A stretch of 64,000 nt of DNA from Haliotis rufescens (lineage: Eukaryota). Shown piece by piece: positions 11,489-21,631 of the stretch (positions are counted from its first letter, which is position 1; every line of letters starts with the position of its first letter). The stretch is taken from contig NW_025964112.1 of assembly GCF_023055435.1 (NCBI RefSeq), positions 14,136,001 to 14,200,000 on the forward strand. The letters run 5' to 3'. The notes beneath the pieces were generated by a model. That model did no database searches, was not told the origin of the DNA, and saw only the letters and a list, made by a program, of their open reading frames with translations. A program made the position numbers and the translations under genes.

Positions 11489-13180
11489 ATATGATAAGGT
11501 AATGCAGCCATTTTAACTTAGTCATTGCCAAACCTTTGTATGAGGAGACCTGAATGGCTGTCATGTTTACCCCCTCTCTGCAGAATCCAACCCATGTCCT
11601 AGATGCAAGGGTCCTGCTACTTGGCTGTGTCACCACCCACATTCAGTATAGACGATGTGACCCCATAGGCATGACATATACCAAAATAGTTTGGTCTTAA
11701 TGTCTTGGCTGCATAAAACTATATTCACTCAAAAGGTTTCTGAATAATTGGAAAAAGAAATGACAAATTGTTTGGAACAAGACAGAAGTGTTGCTCATTA
11801 TTTTTGCGGTTCAAATCTTTCTAATGCGTGAAGACAGCCATGAAAACACTAATATTTAATTCTACAAATGCAGATAATTGTATTTCCAATCATTTACTTT
11901 GCCACTTCGTGGTGTGTTGTACAGAAACTCATCACGTCTGTGGAACTTTCTCACTTCTAGTAATCAAAACCACAAGAAATGAATTCATTTGGAAAATTAT
12001 GTTTTGGAGACCTTTTGACATATTTGCTCTGAAAGCATGTACTGACAAAACAACTTCCTCAGGAACATTGCTGAAGTGGATCCAAGTCCTTTGGGTTTGG
12101 TGAATAACCTGCAAAATGTCTGAAATCAATAGCATTAATAAGTGCTATAGTTTCTGTAAAAGGATTGCAAAATTACCATGAAAGACTGCCTGCTTGTAAT
12201 TTGCTGTAAATTAGGATTTTCTAAAAGTCAAGACCTTAACTTTTGGCCTTTCTAAGTAATTAATCCCTGTAAATGCCAGTGACATCGTATGTAGAGGCTT
12301 TACTTTGTTGGAACATTATCTTTTAATGTTCATTTCCACCAAACTTTAATGTCATACACTATCAATAAGCTGGCATTTATTTCTTCAAATATGACCTTTA
12401 ATAATAATACTTTTCATGTCCACAACGTCATTTGTATTATTAATCAGTTCAGTATTTGTTAAAAGCTGAGCTCTTTGAAAGAAATAAGACATTGACGGAA
12501 AAATATTTTTTTAACATCAATAACGCATCCGTCTCTAAGCACATTGGTGCAAGTATTCTCATGAGAAAGACTGGATATTTCCGCTTCCAGCATCAGGTCC
12601 TGGATTCAGGTCATCAGGTCATCATGAAGCTCATAAGGCTCAGGTCATATTGGCTCAAGTCAGTAATCTCCATGCGTCTGATTGGTCCTGCCTGTGTAAT
12701 CAGTGTAGCAAAAACCAGTTAATTTTCTGTTGGTGAGTTTGAATGTGTACGAATATAATAAGCTGAATACTTCGTCTGCTAGCGAGCCAAGGGCGGTGAG
12801 CTCACGTTGTGTGAAGTGTTGGAGATTGAAATGCATAGAATAATCAATCAGAAATGTGGGGAAAGATGTCAAAAGGGTTTGATCCATTATCCTAAAAAAT
12901 TCAGAAACTACATCAAATATCAATATGTCCGATTAGCTTGTGTATATATGTGGAAAATTGAATGCAGCTGGGTTGTGCAGCTGCTGCTGTGAAATGATGT
13001 CACTGAGTGACATTTTAGAAGCTGTAGAAGCAATGAAGACAGAGTTGACTAATGGAATCGTACAGATACTGAGTAAAGACTTGCTTGATAAAGGTACTAG
13101 CATCTGTACCCAAATGTTACTTTGAACGAGTATAGAAGTTGAGAATTGGATTTGCCTTGCACTTAGTTACCACATCAATA

Positions 13181-13442
13181 GAGAGCGGAAGGTCAGTGGT
13201 TTGAATCCTGGCCATGTCATACTGTAAAGATGTTAAACATTGCTCTTGTGGTTACCCTGATAAAAAGGGACTGGTTGACTAGTGTCTGTACACTGTGCCT
13301 CATGTTGACCTGCAACATGGCATCTCTGTGGGCTGGAATTATTAAACAGTCCCGACTAGAACATGCACACACATGCATGATCATTGCTGTTGAAGCGCAA
13401 TAATCTGGCAAGACAATAAATCCCATTTCACCTCACCTCACA
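13181..13442 (+). mobile_element. SINE family E (Meta/MESC-domain-like), degenerate
   Basis: GGTTTGAATCCTGGCCATGTCATAC...AAAGATGTTAAA; (TCACC)n tail as in 17263-17613. Confidence 0.65.
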
Positions 13443-14232
13443 CCTGTACCTTAATCCTGATAAAGTACTGTCTCTTGCCCTCATTCTACTACATAAACAG
13501 TTTGATGTAGACAAATAACTTTCTACTAAGCTCCCAGCATTCTGCATACGTCAATGAAATTATATTTTTAAACTTATTGTATCTCACACTGTGCACTTCT
13601 TCTTACTTTTTTCATCCTATGTGGAAACGTGCTTGAACAGAGTTTCCAGCTTTTGAATACAACTCATCCGAACACATCCCCGCATCACCATGGTCACCAC
13701 CTAAACAAATGGGTCGCACACTGTCATCCCTTTCATAGTGACATACATGACCTGATCACGTGATTACCTCTGTGGCATCATTCGCCCTCTCATCACCACT
13801 CAGTGGAGATGTGTACCACTCAGTAGAGAGTGTTAGAGACTACATTTTGGTTTTCTTACCATCTTTCAGGGTCAGTGTAGTTCAGACAAGAGTTCATCTT
13901 TAAGACGAATCTTTCAGCATATATCTTTACAAGTGTCATAGAAGTTAGGTACTAAGATCGCCATTCGCTAGTCCAGGGACTCTGACAGTAATCCAAGGAG
14001 GCTGTCAAGCCCAAGCCGTCATCTACCAAGCCCAAGAAGTCCAGTAAGTTGACTGTCCCCTGACTGTTTCTATGGCAGTGCCTCCAGAATCTTCCCTGCC
14101 CGCCCTCCCTGTGGCTGATGTTGGTGTTTCAGTCAGCTTCCTGACTAAAGACATTGCTTCTTTACCTCATCACCAGTCAGTTGCTGAAGAACCTGTGTCC
14201 GCGTTCACATTCACGTTTCCATCCTTAGGGAG

Positions 14233-15583
14233 CACAGCCATTTTCTTCGGTTTGTTTTCCAAGGCCGCCACTATCAATGGAAGGTGCTCTCATTTGGAAT
14301 TTCTTCGGCCCCGTGGGTTTTACTTGCCTCACAAAGCCCAGCACGAAGTTCCCACACATCCAGGGGATAGTGTTAGAGTCCTACATAGATGATTCCATTC
14401 AGGCCAAAACAGAGCCAAATGTCCTTCTACAACACCTCAAGTTCACGCAACATCTTCTCCATCAACAAAGGCAAGTCCGAGACAACTCCCACACAACGAT
14501 TCCAGTTTATCAGTGCCCTTTTCGACACCGACCTGGTCAAGATGTTTGTTCCTTTGGATTGATGGTCCAAGATTCAACTTGTTTCTCAAGCTGCTGGCAC
14601 TCAGACAACCTCTCCTGCTACGTCAATGGCAACAGATTCTCGGCCTTCTGACTTCTGTTCAAGCCCCAACTTTGAGGGGTCAACTTCACTTTTGGCTGAT
14701 CCAGTGCTTCCTCAGGCCCTTCATCCAGAGCGATGACTGCCAGACACTGATCTCCCTACCGCTTCCTCTGTGTCTGCACCTTCAGTGATGGCGGTAACAT
14801 CGAACTTACACCTCCTCGTCGACACACTGACCATGGGCTGGGGAGGGCACTTCCACCATCTCCAGGTAGCAGGGTATTGGTCCGTCAAAGAGAAGCAACT
14901 TCACATCAACAATCTCGAGCTCAAGGCAGTCATCCTGGCCATATCCCATTGGTCAGAGCTCCTTCATTTGTCACACCTCATGATCCAGTTAGACAATCTC
15001 TTGGTCATCTGGTACAGCAACAAGCTCTGATCTACCAAGTCATTGTCACTCCTGTCCCTCTCGATCGACTTCACCCGGTTCAACTCTCTCAACATTCAGG
15101 TTCATGAGGCACATTCCAGGGATTACCAATGTGATAGTTCTTATCCCGAAGGGACAGACCTCTCAACTCGTCGATTTGCAGGTGAATCTGCCAACTCTGA
15201 TCCCAGAGGTTGATCTGCTTGCAACAAGGTTCAGTGCCAAACTCTCCTGGTTCGTCTCTCCCATTCCCGATCCTTAAGTTTGAGACCACGATGTTCTGGC
15301 GATCAAGCCCTCAACACTTAAGCCTTTCCCCTGACAGGCATTCTACTACTAGGTCCTTCAGAAGTTTCCTGTAGCACGATCTCCTTTTGGCACTGGTCAA
15401 CCATTCTAAGGGCCTATATATCTTGCTAAATTTGCTACCCCTGATCATGTCCAGTCTCACGAGACTGGAGACGTCACCTCTACCAAGGCCTTGCACAGCA
15501 ATTGCACTCTGTCCGTAATTATGGAAGGGTGCTTTTGGATGTCAGATATGGTCTTCACTTCCCACTATCTTTTTGACATCTCC
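14233..15583 (+). pseudogene. Decayed DIRS1-type tyrosine-recombinase retrotransposon (RT, RNase H, YR remnants)
   Basis: Frameshifted pieces: FLRFVFQGRHYQWKVLSFGISSAPW (from 14233), YIDD (14382-14393), INKGKSETTPTQRFQF; RNase H GWGGH...GYWSVKEKQLHINNLELKAV...IQLDN and RHIPGITN; YR C-terminus HETGDVTSTKA...IMEGCFWMSDMVFTSHYLFDI (15446-15583). Confidence 0.85.
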
Positions 15584-16365
15584 ATTGCAGAGTTCTTGGA
15601 ACTTTAGCTTTTCTGTGTGTATTGTTTTTTTATTGTTTGCGTTCCTTGACTGAGTACCCAATTGTAGAGACTTAGGTCTTCAACACTGAGTTGCCGCAAG
15701 AGAGGGACATTTTGACAGTGTCCCTTCCCTTTATTCTGCACACCTCTGCCTTGAGCGCGTGTTGTTGGGTACTGGATTGAAGGTCCTCTTGTGGATATTG
15801 TTGATCGTTCCCCTTCTCGTCTTGACATGCGTAGTGTGAGATAGGATAAGTATATAAATATATAATGTATAATAAAATTTTCAATTTTATTTAATTCTGT
15901 GAACACAAACAGCATGATATACATGGCACATACTTCAAGTCACATGCAATGTTGAGACACTGAGACACTTTTCATCACAAAATACATTGTATATGAACCT
16001 CTACAACATTGCTCTCCAGCTACTCAGTACTGGTGGTAGAATAAGGTAGGTAGCCCATCCCTTGACGCACTGCTGCACAGTTTTATGACCTCATTTACAA
16101 TTGTCATTGAGTGTGTGTATATTCTGATTATCAAAACTGACTTAATCTTGTCAAAGTTGAGTATGAGATATTGGTCTCCGGAGACTCTTTGATGGGATAA
16201 AACGATGAAAACAGTGGTCGATCGATTTTCTGGGCAAACTCTCATAAAAGCTTCACCTTGTTTATTTTTTTAATATGATTACAGTACTCTCTTATTTTTT
16301 TATGTCATTTCATCCAACTGATAATCTTTATTATTCAATCAGAAATATGTAGTTTTGCATGGCAT

Positions 16366-16538
16366 GGGGGCGGTCGGATAGCCTAGTGGCTAAAGCGTTC
16401 GCTCATCATGCCGAAGACCCGGATTCGATTCCCGACATGGGTACATGTGTGAAGCCCATTTCTGGTGTCCCCCGCCGTGATATTGCTGGAATATTGCTAA
16501 AAACGGCGTAAAACCACACTCACTCACTCACTCACTCA
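16366..16538 (+). mobile_element. SINE family A
   Basis: Full-length match to the other A copies; TGGCATG on both sides. Confidence 0.9.
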
Positions 16539-16656
16539 AAGTGGCATGTAACCAAACTCACAAACTGATCTATAGCGGATGGTTATATTTGGGGAAGAAG
16601 TGTACTTTCCATTGTCATATGATGTCATGCCTGTTATGATGTCATATGATGTTATG

Positions 16657-16982
16657 TAGGGTTGTGACGGGTACTCGAGTACCCGATAACGGGTCGGGGA
16701 GCTTAGGACTCGAGTCCAATTTTCTGGACTCGAGTACCCGTTCAGGGGAGATAACTCTAATCGCCTTTCGTAACACGTAAGTCACTTCAAAATGGACGAC
16801 AAAGCGGACAAACGTTCAAATGTTTTAGGTAAGCCATGCAGGCATTTAATAAAAAACAAAATACCTTAGAATAGATCAATATATGTTTGATGACCTTTTA
16901 TTCGCAAAAGCATTACAAACAAGTGGGACAACATTGAACTACGGGTACTCGAGTTCAGTTTTCGTACCCGGTCGCAACCCTA
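16657..16982. mobile_element. hAT-type MITE, second family
   Basis: TIRs TAGGGTTGTGAC / GTCGCAACCCTA; perfect 8-bp TSD ATGTTATG (16649-16656, 16983-16990); repeated (GT/GG)ACTCGAGT subterminal motifs. Confidence 0.9.
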
Positions 16983-17174
16983 ATGTTATGCGAACACTTT
17001 AACCACTAGGTTGCCCCACTGCCCCCATGCCTGATGTGACATTAAATATACGTGAGGAAAGTCTCACTTTGTCCTATAGGTGCAGTGTCATCAATGGAAA
17101 CCATCTGCTTTGTTTCTGTGGGTTCTTGTTTCTCCTTTACTTCCCTTGGACACCAAAATTAAATAGTTCAGTAA

Positions 17175-17805
17175 TAGGGCTGGGATGACTCTACCTACCT
17201 GGGTAGCCGACCCCCTTTTATCTGACCCTACCTGGGTTCCGGCTGTAGGTCTCAAGTCAGGTTGCCGCCTCCGTGGTCTTGTGGTAGAGCGTCCGCCCGG
17301 GGAGAGGAAGGTCCGGGGTTCGATCCCCGGCCGCGTCATACCAAAAGACGTTAAAAGATGGTACTTGTTGTTACCCTGTCTGGCGCTCGACATTAAGGGG
17401 CTAAAACAAGGACTGGTCGGCTCGGAGTCAGAATACTGTGTCTGAGTGGGGTATTCATGTTAAACTGCGGCATGGTATCTCAGTGAGCTAGCACTATAAA
17501 TCGGCATCAGTCCGGACTAGTACAAGCAGCCACACACACACACACACGTGCATACACGTCGCTATATAAGTGCAATAATCTTGGACGCAACGTTAAACCC
17601 AATTTCACCTCACCTCAAGTCAGGTACAAAATGTCCAATGTAGAATTTTTCGATTGAAAACTACACAGATACATGAATTATACAATCTTATCAAGCATAC
17701 ACTGAAGGTGACAGAAGCTTTCTCTTTACTCAGACATAAAAAAAGTCAAAGAAATAAGTGCATATTTAGTCAGAAAGAAATGTGACCTTGTGTAGCCATA
17801 GAGTT
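17175..17805 (+). mobile_element. hAT MITE family D copy 4, right end lost, interrupted by SINE E
   Basis: TAGGGCTGGGATGA start; resumes at 17626 (ACAAAATGTCC...CATACACTGAAG...CCATAGAGTT). Confidence 0.75.
17263..17613 (+). mobile_element. SINE family E, full length (tRNA head plus Meta/MESC-like central domain)
   Basis: A box TGGTCTTGTGG, B box GGTTCGATCCC, GTCATACCAAAAGAC...ATGGTACTTG...CATTAAGG domain, (TCACC)n tail; perfect 12-bp TSD CTCAAGTCAGGT (17251-17262, 17614-17625). Confidence 0.9.
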
Positions 17806-18160
17806 GACGTGTTACCTTTTCCAGTTGAAACACTTGATGTGTTGGTGTTTATTTTTTATACCAATTTGTATTGACCCTTGTGTGTTGATTAACTACATAT
17901 TCTTACATCCCACTGGTGTTGGTGTTACATAAAAATAATATTAACATTTCGATCAAGTTCCTTTTTTAAATTTTCTTACTTTTCATGAATTTTTCTGTGT
18001 CCTGGACATGTCATTTCCTTTCAGTGCAATAATGAAGCATAACATTTTGTACACTTGAAAGTTTATCACTTATTTACAGCAAAGTTTATCACTCTGTTAC
18101 AGCAACGTTTATCACTCAGTAAAAGTATCATACTTAAGATAAAGCCATTCATCTTGCAAG

Positions 18161-18320
18161 TGTAGTAGGGCGTGGAGTCACCCACAGATGACATCCTTAC
18201 CTTGTCAGATTGCTGATGGGGTTAACCCCTTTGGTCATGTGGACAAGGCGTCCGACCTCTGATCAGAAGGTCCCTGGTTCGAATCCCATCAGGGGACTCG
18301 GAAATTTTATGGCCGCTACA
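18161..18320 (+). repeat. 5' LTR of TRIM
   Basis: 160 bp, TG...CA ends, terminal inverted repeat TGTAG/CTACA. Confidence 0.92.
18224..18297 (+). promoter_or_regulatory. tRNA-Arg-like Pol III type-2 promoter inside the 5' LTR (equivalent copy at ~18491-18564)
   Basis: A-box-like TGGTCATGTGG 18232-18242; GGACAAGGCGTCCGACCTCTGATCAGAAG resembles tRNA-Arg D/anticodon arms; B box GGTTCGAATCC 18276-18286; CCCCT/AGGGG acceptor-like pairing. Confidence 0.8.
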
Positions 18321-18321
18321 T

Positions 18322-18339
18322 TGGCGCCCAACGTGGGGC
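18322..18339 (+). other. Primer-binding site complementary to the tRNA-Lys(CUU) 3' end
   Basis: TGGCGCCCAACGTGGGGC, the canonical tRNA-Lys1,2 PBS, separated from the 5' LTR by 1 nt. Confidence 0.92.
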
Positions 18340-18417
18340 TGAGCACGTTCATATTAAATTTGAGCAAAATAAGCCTCAGTACCCTACTATGCGGCCCAGG
18401 ACGTGCCTTCTGTTGAC

Positions 18418-18426
18418 GGGGGAGTA
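18418..18426 (+). other. Polypurine tract
   Basis: GGGGGAGTA directly abutting the TG of the 3' LTR. Confidence 0.85.
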
Positions 18427-18587
18427 TGTAGCAGGGCGTGGAGTCATCCCACAGATGACATCCTTACCTTGTCAGCTTGCTGACGGGGTTAACCTCTTTG
18501 GTCATGTGGACAAGGCATCCGACCTCAGATCAGAAGGTCCGTGGTTCGAATCCCATTAAGGGACTTGAAAATTTTATGGCCGCTACA
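18427..18587 (+). repeat. 3' LTR of TRIM
   Basis: 161 bp, TGTAGC...GCTACA, ~93% identical to the 5' LTR. Confidence 0.92.
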
Positions 18588-18625
18588 TATTCACAGGACG
18601 TTTTGTCCACCATTCAGTCACATGT

Positions 18626-18729
18626 CTGAGACCTGCATCACTTTTGGCTATCCTTCTACATCAAGCTGACATGCCACGATATAACTGAAATACTGTTCAA
18701 AGTGGCATTAAGCCCAACTCACTCACTCA
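18626..18729 (+). mobile_element. SINE family C, 3' part
   Basis: GTCTGAGACCTGCATCACTT...AAGCTGACATGCCACGATATAACTGAAATACTGTT...CCCAACTCACTCACTC. Confidence 0.8.
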
Positions 18730-19452
18730 TACCATGATAATTCTGATAAAACGAACATTTTTAGTACAAGAAGTAAGATACATCATTTGCTTTTCGCATT
18801 TCAGTTTATTCTAAAACTGGGAATTCACAACATCTGAATTATGAGCCGTCTTTTGTGAATAAGAATTATATTAAAACCTGAATACAATTACAATACTTAA
18901 TAATGTTACACTGACACAAGAACTTACACGGAAGCTTTTATTATTAGAATGATCACTGTATTCACTATTCACAATTCCATGTTTTCATGAATATTGGTAT
19001 TTTAGTTCAGCGAGATCATGAGAAGATATGGTTTCCATGGTTACAGTAAATGTAAAAAAATAATTGATACATGCAACTAAGCTGTTTCACTTATCTGTTG
19101 GGCGTCATTCTGCTACAACTGCCGCAGTATTAGAAAATGTATAGATTGTTTAGATCTCATAAGTCATAGTTATGTAAAGCTTGTCCAGAATGCCTGACTA
19201 CTTCTAAACCATCTGTTACCTGGCGTGCAATAAATTCTATTTGACATTTTAACAATTAAATAAAAACTAAACGCAGTCAATATTGATTTTTACCACATTT
19301 GTGTGTACTCATTATGATCAGTTATTTATGATGTAAACGTAAACAAATACAACCAGTAATTGTTTATCTTGTCTTGTCTTGTCATATCTGACTTTCTTAT
19401 GTATGATGTCAAATTGTCCATGTTAATATTTAATGTGTACCAGGTGCTCAGA

Positions 19453-19485
19453 TACTAATGAGTTCTTTTTCTTTTTCAGGTAAGT
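19453..19485 (+). other. Candidate recursive splice site (branch point, polypyrimidine tract, CAG|GTAAGT)
   Basis: TACTAAT 19453-19459, TTCTTTTTCTTTTTCAG ending at 19479, GTAAGT 19480-19485. Confidence 0.55.
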
Positions 19486-19970
19486 ACAGTTTGGCTGTTA
19501 ATGCTGTTCTAGATAGCACTTCATTAGAAGTTCCACCTGAAGCTAAGTGGTCTTGTTGAATAATTCAATTACAATGCATTATTCACCTTGGAGGTTTTTC
19601 TTTGATACATTGAACAAGATTCTGTTTTTAAATGTTATTGAAATAAAATTTATAATCAACACGATCAAGCTATAGAAAAATTTGAGGTTTATATTATCAT
19701 CATATTATTATAACTCCTGGGAGGAAATGTCTGTTCCAGGATGGTCTCAAAAAAGTGAAGTGATTGATTTTGATCAAAGTGATATGTTGCAATGATAGAT
19801 CCAAAATGTTTATGACTGTTGTGATTGTGGAAAGATGTGGCGAACTTATTTAAATTTTGGTTTCGAAATAATCAGAATGAGCAGTTCGGCGTTGCAAATT
19901 GTTGAAAATACACAAGGTTTTACTCGAGGACAATGGACAACTGATTGCTACAACCTATTTGAACAAGATA

Positions 19971-20091
19971 TACTCAACAAAAGAAGTTAGGGATCATGAA
20001 TATTTTTGGGATATATTTCTGAAATTGTGTCCTTAGTCTTCACTATAAAAAAATATCCCAAAAATGATCCCAAAGTTTTATTTGTTCAGTA
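19971..20091. mobile_element. Short fold-back MITE, TA-flanked (Tc1/mariner-like)
   Basis: Complementary blocks TACTCAACAAA/TTTGTTCAGTA, GGGATCAT/ATGATCCC, ATTTTTGGGATAT/ATATCCCAAAAAT; TA on both sides. Confidence 0.6.
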
Positions 20092-20690
20092 TATATATCT
20101 GTTATGAAATGCCAACCTGTAACCAGTGTTATCAATTTACATATGCATAAAAAAACGGAATCTTGTTTTATAAATACTTACAAAATATCGGCTTCTTCAT
20201 CATTCGTTTTGAATTGCAAATATTTCATCGCCTAAGGTAAGTTTTTTGTGTGTTATTTTTGCGCTTTGACATAATGTGTCGTTTTAAGTGTACTATGACT
20301 ACTTGCCCTTCATGATAGGCAGTGGTAAGGAAATCTGTATGATGAGATCTTGTATTATGAAATGTATACTACGCACAACAAGTTTAAGAACATCCACACT
20401 TGGGAGGCTGTGTGTTGGTATACCCACCAGCCATGGCAGCAGAGCTCTATTCAAGGAACTTCTTTTAACTTGCACCAGGTGCTGGTTGACATGAAAACTT
20501 TATCAAAATTGAAACACAGATGCATAGTCTAAATAAGTAAAATCACGTATCTCTGATGACTGTGATTTTGCATAAATTAATTAAGTATTGCTGTAAAACG
20601 TAGTAGAATCATGTGCACATAATCTTGAAGTACCCACAGTTTGATGATGTCAAGCCCAAGACAGTATGACAACACAGGGATAAATGATGT

Positions 20691-20947
20691 TTGTTTGTTT
20701 GATTGTTGTTTAACGCCGCACTCAGCAATATTCCAGCTATACGATGGTGGTCTGTAAATAAATAGTCTGGACGAGACAATCCAGTGATTGACATCATGCG
20801 CATCGAGCCACGTAATTGGGATCGATGACATGCATCTACCAAGTCAGCGAGCCTGACCACCCGATCCCGTCAGTCGCCTCTTACGACAAGCATAGTCGCC
20901 TTTTATGGCAAGCATGGGACCAATTCTACCCCGGATCTTCACGGGTC
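20691..20947 (-). mobile_element. Retroposon family B with intact 5' end
   Basis: 5' end GACCCGTGAAGATCCGGG on the minus strand; TSD GATAA(A/G)TGATGT. Confidence 0.9.
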
Positions 20948-21404
20948 GATAAGTGATGTAGTATGGTACATAAGCTTGTATGTATTGAGTCTGTTCAATG
21001 ATCGTTATTGTGTGGACAAGCAAGGGTTAGTCAGACATAGATTTGAATTTTCGTAGCATACATTTGGTGCACGTAGACATAAATATTGAAAAAAAAATCA
21101 GATGTTTTTCAAATTCTTTTGAGTAGTATAATTATCAATTTTTATGATAAATAAATGTTCTTTGATATAATTTTAGTTTCCTAATTTTGATGTAAAATGG
21201 GATCTTCTCAGAAATTACAGAAAAATTTGACAATCTGAATTGTTTGGGTGTATATATGTTTATACATACAATGTTCCCATAGTCATAAAGGAAACAATAC
21301 TGGATACAGGCTCCAGATTGGAGACAAGCACATTGGTATTCTATTGTCATTCATATGTATTGTTGTCCTTGGTATACTATATCTAGATAATGTGCGGATT
21401 CTTG

Positions 21405-21631
21405 TTCAGGATTGGTCTCCAGCAACCTGTATTTGTCCTAAGAGGCCACTTCTTAGTAGTCAGGCTCAGTGACTTGATTTATAGCACGTCAACTGTATCA
21501 TTGCTCATAATATCAATCACTGGTTTATCTTGTCCAGGCCACCAACAAATAGCTGGAACATTGCTGTGTGAGGTGTCAACAGACCCGTGAAGATCTGGGG
21601 TAGAATAGGTCTTCAGCAACCCATGCTTGCC
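21405..21631 (+). mobile_element. Degenerate family B copy followed head-to-tail by a less diverged family B head (21582-21631)
   Basis: GTCCTAAGAGGCCACT...ATAGCTGGAACATTGCTG, then GACCCGTGAAGATCTGGGGTAGAATAGGTCTTCAGCAACCCATGCTTGCC. Confidence 0.7.

Larger units (their letters stand above)
18161..18587 (+). mobile_element. TRIM (miniature non-autonomous LTR retrotransposon) with tRNA-derived Pol III promoters in its LTRs (Helenus/TRIMp3-like)
   Basis: LTRs 18161-18320 and 18427-18587 (TGTAG...CTACA; 11 substitutions + 1 indel); PBS TGGCGCCCAACGTGGGGC; PPT GGGGGAGTA; 106-bp non-coding interior. Confidence 0.93.

Noticed and set aside
18224-18297. Functional tRNA-Arg genes in tandem (or a tRNA-Sec/suppressor for the TCA copy)
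   Set aside because: D and T stems are imperfect, the two copies differ at the anticodon, and both sit inside LTRs bounded by a PBS and PPT.
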